A stretch of DNA of 64,000 nucleotides from positions 384,589 to 448,588 of the forward strand of contig JBAZXP010000001.1 in NCBI GenBank assembly GCA_041659805.1, in the 5' to 3' direction. The notes under the pieces were generated by a model, which saw nothing but the letters and a program-made list of their open reading frames with translations, was not told the origin of the DNA and searched no databases. The translations under genes were made by a program, and so were the position numbers. The DNA comes from Microgenomates group bacterium. Its GTDB lineage: Bacteria; Patescibacteriota; Microgenomatia; Daviesbacterales; UBA10151. Within the stretch, counting starts at the first letter, position 1, and every line of letters starts with the position of its first letter. Positions 57,195 to 64,000 of this stretch are shown one piece after another.

Positions 57195-57217
57195 AAAATT
57201 TACCCCCTTGCCAAGTT

Positions 57218-57244
57218 TTAGCACTCATGCTAGACTACTGCTAA
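57218..57244 (+). promoter_or_regulatory. CIRCE element (HrcA operator) upstream of lon
   Basis: TTAGCACTC-N9-TACTGCTAA against the consensus TTAGCACTC-N9-GAGTGCTAA (2 mismatches). Confidence 0.85.
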
Positions 57245-57268
57245 TTCTAATTTAATTAGATAAAAATT

Positions 57269-59689
57269 ATGATTACTGATTATTCATCTTCACCACTAAA
57301 ACTGCCTGAAAGACTACCTGTCGGACCTCTAAGGGACACTGTTATGTTTCCTGAAACAACACTTCCTATTGTTTCCGGAAGGTCAAAATCAAAAGCTGCT
57401 TTGGATCAAGCCTGGTCAACAGATAGATTAGTTGTGTTTGTGACTCAGAAAAACAGCAAAATAGAAGATCCTGAAAGTAAAGACCTGTTTCAGGTGGGTA
57501 CTGTTTGTTTGCTTAAAAGGATGATCAAAAATCCTGAAGGGGATTATACAGTCTCTGCAGAAGGGTTAACCAGGGTTTTTCTTAAAAATATTTCTCAACA
57601 TGGTGATTATTTGGAAGCTGAAGTTGAAGAAATTCCTCAGCTTTTTGAAAAAAACGAGGAAACAGAAGCTTTAATTAGAACAGTCCGTGAACAATTTAAA
57701 AAATATATTGAACTTGGCGGTAACCCAATGTTTGATCCTTCAGCAATACCTACTTGGACTGCTAATTGGGCAGTAATTATTCAAAATGATGACCCTAATT
57801 TATTAGTAAACTCCATTGCTCAGGCAATTGATTTTAAAGTAATTGATAAGCAACAACTTTTGGAAATGGTTTCTGCAACAGATAGATTGCAAAGACTCTC
57901 AGAACTTTTGGCCAAAGAAGTTAAGATTTTAGAAATTTCTCAGAATATTTCATCTAAAACTCAGGAAAGAGTTTCCAAAATGACCAGGGAAGCAATTTTA
58001 CGGGAACAAATGAAAAGTATTGAGGAAGAGTTGGGTTCAAATGATGAAAATCAGGAAATCAGAGAATTTGAAATAAAGATTAAAAAATCAGGTATGCCGA
58101 AAGAGGTTAGGGAAAAGGCAATTAAAGAACTTTCAGGGTTGGCCAAAATGTCATCTTTAAATCCTGAAGCTTCCTATAAAAGAAATTATCTGGAATGGTT
58201 AACAGAACTTCCCTGGAAAGCGGTTGACGGTAAAAAAGTAGATATGAAAAAAGCGGAAGCCGTTTTGGAGGATGATCATTATGGATTAAATAAGGTTAAA
58301 GAAAGAATTCTGGAATTTTTAGCTGTTCACAAATTATCAGGAAAAGTTAAAGGTCCGATTCTTTGTTTTGCAGGTCCTCCTGGAACAGGTAAAACTTCAA
58401 TCGGTAAATCAATTGCCAAAGCCTTAGGCCGCAAATTTGTCAAAATTTCTCTCGGAGGAATCAGAGATGAGGCAGAAATCAGAGGGCACAGAAGAACCTA
58501 TGTCGGATCAATGCCGGGAAGGATTATTCAGGGAATTAAACAGGCAGGTACAACCAACCCGGTATTTATGTTGGATGAAATTGATAAAATCGGAGCAGAC
58601 TATAGAGGAGATCCGTCAGCTGCTTTGCTTGAAGCTTTAGATCCTGAACAAAATGATGCTTTTTCAGATCACTATTTAGAAGTGCCGTTTGATCTTTCTA
58701 ATGTCATGTTTATTACAACTGCAAATATGTTGGATACAATTCCACCAGCTCTTCGCGACAGACTAGAGATTATCAGATATCCGGGTTATACCACCGCAGA
58801 AAAATTTCATATTGCGACTAAATTTTTGATTCCAAAACAAATTGAAAATCATGGTTTAAAAAATAAACAAATCGTGTTTGATGATGAAGCTATTAATTCA
58901 ATTATTGAACAATATACCAGAGAAGCCGGAGTTAGAAGTTTGGAAAGGGAGATAGCGGCAGTAATCAGAAAGGTTACCCGCAGAATTGCAGAAGGAAGCA
59001 AAGAGAAAAAATTTATCATAACTGCGGAGGAAGTTAAAAAATTACTGGGTCCTGCTAAATTTACACCACAGCTCGCTGAGGTAGAAGACTCAATTGGTAC
59101 AAGTACGGGTATGGCATGGACAGAAGCAGGAGGAGACATATTATTTAATGAAGTTACCATAATGCCTGGAAAAGGACAGCTGATTTTAACAGGACAATTG
59201 GGAGATGTGATGAAGGAATCAGCTCAGGCTGCTATGTCATATGTTAGAACTCACTGGAAAGAATTAGGACTTTCAGATAAGTTTTATCAAAAGATAGATA
59301 TTCATGTTCATGTGCCAGAAGGAGCTGTTCCAAAAGATGGACCATCTGCAGGCATTGCTTTAACAACAGCAATTATTTCAGCATTAACCAAAATCCCAGT
59401 TCATAAGGATGTATCTATGACAGGTGAAGTAACACTAAGAGGTAGAGTCTTAGAAATTGGAGGATTGAAAGAAAAAGTATTAGCAGCACACAGAGCAGGA
59501 GTTAAGACTATTATTGCTCCTGAAAATAATAAAAAGGATTTGGAAGATATTCCTGAAAATGTTCAAAAAGATTTAAAATTTGTGTTTGTTAAAAATATTA
59601 ATGAAGTGTTGGAGATTGCTTTAACCAGAATGCCAACACCAGTTTCTTTTAAAATTACTCCACAACCAGTCTATCCAGCAGTAGCATAA
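57269..59689 (+). CDS. lon: Lon protease
   Basis: GPPGTGKT, RGHRRTY, LDEIDK, KDGPSAG and catalytic Lys in GGLKEK. Confidence 0.98.
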   Translation: MITDYSSSPLKLPERLPVGPLRDTVMFPETTLPIVSGRSKSKAALDQAWSTDRLVVFVTQKNSKIEDPESKDLFQVGTVCLLKRMIKNPEGDYTVSAEGLTRVFLKNISQHGDYLEAEVEEIPQLFEKNEETEALIRTVREQFKKYIELGGNPMFDPSAIPTWTANWAVIIQNDDPNLLVNSIAQAIDFKVIDKQQLLEMVSATDRLQRLSELLAKEVKILEISQNISSKTQERVSKMTREAILREQMKSIEEELGSNDENQEIREFEIKIKKSGMPKEVREKAIKELSGLAKMSSLNPEASYKRNYLEWLTELPWKAVDGKKVDMKKAEAVLEDDHYGLNKVKERILEFLAVHKLSGKVKGPILCFAGPPGTGKTSIGKSIAKALGRKFVKISLGGIRDEAEIRGHRRTYVGSMPGRIIQGIKQAGTTNPVFMLDEIDKIGADYRGDPSAALLEALDPEQNDAFSDHYLEVPFDLSNVMFITTANMLDTIPPALRDRLEIIRYPGYTTAEKFHIATKFLIPKQIENHGLKNKQIVFDDEAINSIIEQYTREAGVRSLEREIAAVIRKVTRRIAEGSKEKKFIITAEEVKKLLGPAKFTPQLAEVEDSIGTSTGMAWTEAGGDILFNEVTIMPGKGQLILTGQLGDVMKESAQAAMSYVRTHWKELGLSDKFYQKIDIHVHVPEGAVPKDGPSAGIALTTAIISALTKIPVHKDVSMTGEVTLRGRVLEIGGLKEKVLAAHRAGVKTIIAPENNKKDLEDIPENVQKDLKFVFVKNINEVLEIALTRMPTPVSFKITPQPVYPAVA

Positions 59690-59751
59690 TTTTTTCACAA
59701 ATTTAATTTCCTCCTTGACTAATTAGCCTCACCCATAGTAAATTAAGGGCT

Positions 59752-61755
59752 ATGGATCTGATTTTAAACAATATAAATTTACTTATTTGGGGCTCTGCTG
59801 GTGCAGCTTTGCTTTATGGAATGGTTTTAAGCTTCTGGATTTTGATGCTTCCATCTGGTGATGAAAAGATGAAAGAAATCGCTTCAGCCATTCAAGAAGG
59901 TGCTGCAGCATATTTAATGAAACAATACACCACTGTTTCTATGGTGGCTGTTGTTATTACCATAGCAATTTATATCTTTTTAGGAATGTCTTCCGCAGTA
60001 GGTTTTCTTATTGGGGCAGCATTTTCAGCACTCGCAGGATATATTGGAATGAATGTAGCAGTTAGGGCAAATATCAGATGTGCAGAGGCTGCAAAATCCG
60101 GTTTATCCCAAGCTTTTGATGTAGCTTATAAAGGTGGAGCAGTGACTGGATTTTTGGTAGTTGGGCTTGCTTTGGCTGCAGTCTATGGTTTTTATCAAAA
60201 CACTGGAGACTTAAAAGCTTTGATTTCACTCGGTTTTGGAGGATCTCTTATTTCTGTTTTTGCTAGACTCGGTGGAGGAATTTTTACCAAAGGGGCAGAT
60301 GTTGGAACAGACATGGTTGGTAAAATTGAGGCAGGAATTCCAGAAGATGATCCCAGAAATCCAGGTGTGATTGCTGATTTGGTGGGTGATAATGTTGGAG
60401 ATGATGCTGGAATGGCAGCAGATATTTTTGAAACATATGTTGTGACAGCTATTGCTGCTTTGCTTTTGGGTGATTTATTAATTCCAGGATTTAAAAATGC
60501 TATCTATTTCCCCCTAGCTATTTTATCTGTTGCTATCTTAACCTCAATTATAGGTAGTTTATTTGTAAGACTTCAGGGTAAAAGAATTATGGGAGCTTTG
60601 TATCAGGGTTTGATTGTGACAACTGTTCTTTCTGTTGTTGTATTTTATCCAATTACCACAGGTTTAATGGCAAACAATGGTTTATTTCCAACCTTAAATC
60701 TATATCTTGCTTCTTTGGTTGGAATTTTAGTTACAGCTGGGATGTTTGTAATTGTTGAATATTACACAGGAACTAAATATAGTCCTGTTAAACTTTTGGC
60801 AGCAGCTTCAGAAACTGGTCATGGCACCAATGTAATTGCTGGTTTAGCTTTATCTATGAAATCTACTTTTGCTCCAATATTATTAATTTCTGTCGCAATC
60901 TTCTTAAGTTATGGTTTGGCAGGTCTTTATGGAATTGCTTTGGCAGCAGTTGCCATGCTTTCTATGGCAGGGATTGTGGTAGCAATCGATGCTTTTGGTC
61001 CAATTACTGATAATGCTGGTGGAATTGCTGAGATGGCAGGTCTTCCTGAAAAAGTCAGAAATAATACAGATCCGCTGGACGCTGTTGGAAATACCACTAA
61101 AGCCGTAACTAAAGGTTATGCAATTGCCTCTGCAGGATTGGCAGCATTGGTTTTGTTTGCTTCATATGCACAGGAATTTGCCAATCTTGGAACAAGCTTA
61201 GTATTTGCTCTGGATGATCCTAGAGTTGTAATAGGATTATTTATTGGTGGAGCAATGCCTTATTTGTTTGGTTCACTCGCCATGGAAGCTGTTGGCGTTG
61301 CTGGTGGAGCAGTGGTTACAGAAGTTAGACGTCAATTTAAAACCATCAAAGGAATTATGGAAGGTAAAGCAAAACCAGATTATGCAGCTTGTGTCTCAAT
61401 TGTAACTGCCACAGCTCAAAGACAAATGATTATTCCAGCTTTAATTCCTGTTTTAGCACCATTTATAGTTGGAAAATTACTTGGGCCAGTAGCACTTGGA
61501 GGATTTTTGATGGGTACAATTATTACTGGTTTATTTGTGGCTCTTTCTATGACTACAGGAGGCGCAGCTTGGGATAATGCTAAAAAGTATATAGAATCAG
61601 GTGCTTTGGGTGGTAAAGGCTCTCCTGCTCATCAGGCAGCTGTTACAGGGGATACTGTGGGGGATCCATACAAAGATACAGCAGGACCTGCTATTAATCC
61701 TATGATTAAAGTTGCAAATATTGTAGCCCTGCTCCTCGTGCCCTTCTTAATGTAA
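59752..61755 (+). CDS. hppA: Membrane pyrophosphatase, probably K+-independent H+-PPase
   Basis: [23 protein letters not shown] and DTVGDPYKD; GNTTKA has the Lys typical of K+-independent enzymes. Confidence 0.95.
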   Translation: MDLILNNINLLIWGSAGAALLYGMVLSFWILMLPSGDEKMKEIASAIQEGAAAYLMKQYTTVSMVAVVITIAIYIFLGMSSAVGFLIGAAFSALAGYIGMNVAVRANIRCAEAAKSGLSQAFDVAYKGGAVTGFLVVGLALAAVYGFYQNTGDLKALISLGFGGSLISVFARLGGGIFTKGADVGTDMVGKIEAGIPEDDPRNPGVIADLVGDNVGDDAGMAADIFETYVVTAIAALLLGDLLIPGFKNAIYFPLAILSVAILTSIIGSLFVRLQGKRIMGALYQGLIVTTVLSVVVFYPITTGLMANNGLFPTLNLYLASLVGILVTAGMFVIVEYYTGTKYSPVKLLAAASETGHGTNVIAGLALSMKSTFAPILLISVAIFLSYGLAGLYGIALAAVAMLSMAGIVVAIDAFGPITDNAGGIAEMAGLPEKVRNNTDPLDAVGNTTKAVTKGYAIASAGLAALVLFASYAQEFANLGTSLVFALDDPRVVIGLFIGGAMPYLFGSLAMEAVGVAGGAVVTEVRRQFKTIKGIMEGKAKPDYAACVSIVTATAQRQMIIPALIPVLAPFIVGKLLGPVALGGFLMGTIITGLFVALSMTTGGAAWDNAKKYIESGALGGKGSPAHQAAVTGDTVGDPYKDTAGPAINPMIKVANIVALLLVPFLM

Positions 61756-61768
61756 ATTTTCCGATTTT

Positions 61769-62155
61769 TTAGGAAGCTTGGGGTTTACGTGAGAGAATAT
61801 TTTTAACTTCCTGTGCAATTTGATCAGGAGTATAGGAAGCCTTGATAAAATAGCCTTGTGCTCCTAATGTGAATGCTTCCTTGATGACTTCGTCTTGTCC
61901 TAAATTAGTAAGTAGAATAACCGGCACATCTTTAGTTGATGCATTTTGTTTAATTTGTTTGAGTATTTCAAGCCCGTTTAAGTCAGGCAACATGATATCA
62001 AGCAAGATAATATCGTATTTTGTTTGTTTAATTGACTGTAAGCCTTCTTTGCCGTTTCCGAATCCATCAACAGTAATACCATTTTTTTCCAACTGTCTTT
62101 TATATATGTCCCGGATGAATTGCTCATCCTCAATAATTAGTACTTTAGGCTGCAT
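61769..62155 (-). CDS. Stand-alone response-regulator receiver
   Basis: IIEDE, LLDIMLP, LLTN and FIK. Confidence 0.93.
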   Translation of the reverse strand: MQPKVLIIEDEQFIRDIYKRQLEKNGITVDGFGNGKEGLQSIKQTKYDIILLDIMLPDLNGLEILKQIKQNASTKDVPVILLTNLGQDEVIKEAFTLGAQGYFIKASYTPDQIAQEVKNILSRKPQAS

Positions 62156-62157
62156 AA

Positions 62158-62568
62158 TTAATCTAAGTCTAACTCTTTTAAGCTCATTTGAAAAGACGGA
62201 TTTTGTAAGAAAGGTTTAATTTTATCAGTCAGTTCATATGGAGTCACATTCATCTTTAATAAATAACCTTGAGCACCTATTTCAAAGGCAGATTTGACCA
62301 CACTTTCTTGACCTAGATTAGTAAGAAGCACAACAGGGACTCTTCTAGTTTCCGGATTTTCTTTGAGCTTTTTTAAAACGTTAATACCATCCATTCTGGG
62401 AAGCATTATATCCAACAAGATTAAATCAAAAGATTGATCAGCCACTTTGACTCCTTCCAGGCCATCTGTTGCCAAAATCATTTCAAATCCTGCTTGTTTG
62501 AGTACTCTCATATAGAGTTGATTAATGAAATGGTCATCTTCAACTAATAAAATTTTTTTAGGTTTCAT
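62158..62568 (-). CDS. Stand-alone response-regulator receiver
   Basis: LVEDD, LLDIMLP, LLTN and LLK; start set at MKPKKILL. Confidence 0.92.
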   Translation of the reverse strand: MKPKKILLVEDDHFINQLYMRVLKQAGFEMILATDGLEGVKVADQSFDLILLDIMLPRMDGINVLKKLKENPETRRVPVVLLTNLGQESVVKSAFEIGAQGYLLKMNVTPYELTDKIKPFLQNPSFQMSLKELDLD

Positions 62569-62572
62569 TATT

Positions 62573-63772
62573 TTAGTTTGATTTAATTGGGAGTGAAAAG
62601 CTGAATGTTGAACCTTTTCCAACTTCAGATTCAACCCAAATTTTACCATGATGCATTTCTGTAATCTCTCTTGAGATATATAAACCGAGTCCTGTTCCTT
62701 TTGAGCCCATTTCAAGTTTCCCTGAAACCCGGAAAAACTTTGTAAAAAGATGTGGTTGTGCTTCTTTAGGAATACCTTCACCTGTATCTGTAACGCTGGT
62801 TACAACGGAGTTTTTATCAGGTGATAATTTTATATTAATCTTGATCTTCCCTCCAGGAGCTGTGTAGTTAATGGCGTTAGAAAGCAGATTCGAGATAACT
62901 TCAACGATTCTTAACTTATCAACCATAAGTTTTGGTATTTTTTCTGTGGGTTTGGTGAATGTGTATTCAAGATTTTTTTCTTTGGCTCTTTCTGCGAACT
63001 GATCTACTGTTTGAGCAACTAATTCAACCCAATCAGCAGAAACAGTATTAACATTAAATATTCCTCTTTCGATTTTAGACACATTCAATAGATTCTCAAC
63101 AAGCGCCAAAAGTTGTTCGGTTGAAATACTGATTCGAGTTAGAAATGTATTTTGATCATCCGTAAACTTGCCTTTACTTTCACTCATAAAGACCGACAGG
63201 TAGCCTTTAATAGAGGTTAAAGGAGTGCGGAGCTCGTGTGCTGCCATAGAAACAAAATCTAATTTCATAGCTTCGAAACTTTTTGCTTCAGTTACATCAT
63301 GCATTGTCAAAATACACCCCAAGTCTGCCGTATCCCCTCCCTTAATTTGACTTGCGGTAAAGTTAACTACAGCCTGTTTATTTTTAAAAGAAATCAGTTT
63401 AAGTTCTTCTTTTTGGAAAAGAGCATTCGGTTGATTAATTCCGCAATATTGAGCCGGAGTCAGCTCTGTATTGCTTTGATAAATTTTTATGATTTGCGAT
63501 ATGGGTTTATTTTGTACTTCAGAAAAAGTAGCTCCTGTTAGTTTTTCAGCGGCCGGATTAAATAAAACAATATTACCTTTTGGATCTAAGGCAATGACGG
63601 CATCCTGGATGGCGGATAAGATCAATGCCAGCTTATTGCTGGTATCCCCCAAGTCTGTTGCATTAGATGTATTTGTGGAAGCTATAGCAACAGTAGTCTC
63701 CTTTTTGGCTGGTTCCTTTTTTTCAGCCCCAACAGTTGGTTTATTGAATAATATTTTGGCAAAATTAAACAT
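62573..63772 (-). CDS. Cytoplasmic PAS-domain sensor histidine kinase
   Basis: PAS (FNPAAEKLTG), HELRTPL, NLLSNA, DTGEG and GTGLGL. Confidence 0.95.
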   Translation of the reverse strand: MFNFAKILFNKPTVGAEKKEPAKKETTVAIASTNTSNATDLGDTSNKLALILSAIQDAVIALDPKGNIVLFNPAAEKLTGATFSEVQNKPISQIIKIYQSNTELTPAQYCGINQPNALFQKEELKLISFKNKQAVVNFTASQIKGGDTADLGCILTMHDVTEAKSFEAMKLDFVSMAAHELRTPLTSIKGYLSVFMSESKGKFTDDQNTFLTRISISTEQLLALVENLLNVSKIERGIFNVNTVSADWVELVAQTVDQFAERAKEKNLEYTFTKPTEKIPKLMVDKLRIVEVISNLLSNAINYTAPGGKIKINIKLSPDKNSVVTSVTDTGEGIPKEAQPHLFTKFFRVSGKLEMGSKGTGLGLYISREITEMHHGKIWVESEVGKGSTFSFSLPIKSN

Positions 63773-63805
63773 AATTATAATTGTATTTATCTTAGCACAG
63801 AAGCG

Positions 63806-64000
63806 CTATTTGTTAATATAGAGAGCTGCTTTTACACAATCCGCAACCTGTTCCGGTGTGTGAATTGCATGAATCAGATAACCTCTGACATTTAGATTAT
63901 ACGATTCCTGAATCAAATTATCCTCAGCATTTTCTGTAAGAATTACAAGCGGAGTGTTAAAACCAGGATTATTTTTATGTAAATTTTTAATTAAATTTAG
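63806..64000 (-). CDS. C-terminal part of a receiver-like protein (starts outside the window)
   Basis: Manual translation ...TPLVILTEN...YNLNVRGYLIHAIHTPEQVADCVK* parallels the neighbouring receivers. Confidence 0.7.
   Translation of the reverse strand, partial: LNLIKNLHKNNPGFNTPLVILTENAEDNLIQESYNLNVRGYLIHAIHTPEQVADCVKAALYINK

Noticed and set aside
1294-63821. Numerous antisense or overlapping ORFs in the track (e.g. 1477-2082, 10188-10643, 33430-33678, 43410-44120)
   Set aside because: They are shadows of well-supported genes or of the tRNA on the other strand or frame, and have no motifs.

Overview
AT-rich bacterial chromosomal window whose gene set suggests a reduced-genome Patescibacteria/CPR organism, probably Microgenomates-like (inference). 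The evidence is a split transketolase, short Gnd, archaeal-type AspRS, class II RNR, H+-PPase and many leaderless promoters. The core regions encode CCA enzyme (partial), RecJ, AspS, a DacA-like peptidase, GltX, MurA, two NUDIX proteins, pentose-phosphate genes, a CsoR-controlled copper cluster, NrdR-NrdJ-CobO, CIRCE-controlled Lon, HppA and a two-component cluster. The most striking unexplained feature is at 2.1-5.0 kb. Three unannotated leader peptides (Ile/Leu/Val-rich, Thr/Ile-containing, Phe-rich) each have a promoter, an antiterminator and an intrinsic terminator, which is classic amino-acid attenuator architecture. They sit in front of two divergent paralogous Pol-beta-fold nucleotidyltransferases and a small unknown ORF, next to a HIT hydrolase, rather than in front of biosynthesis genes. 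A ~17.5 kb element (16077-33581) is integrated at tRNA-Gln(CTG) with a 16-bp direct repeat. It carries a large serine recombinase whose C-terminus would be swapped in frame on excision, a VirD4-like ATPase, a Replic_Relax-like protein and a candidate defence operon (GHKL-ATPase/histidine kinase, receiver, HNH, N6-MTase). All calls come from reading motifs by eye; no database searches were run.
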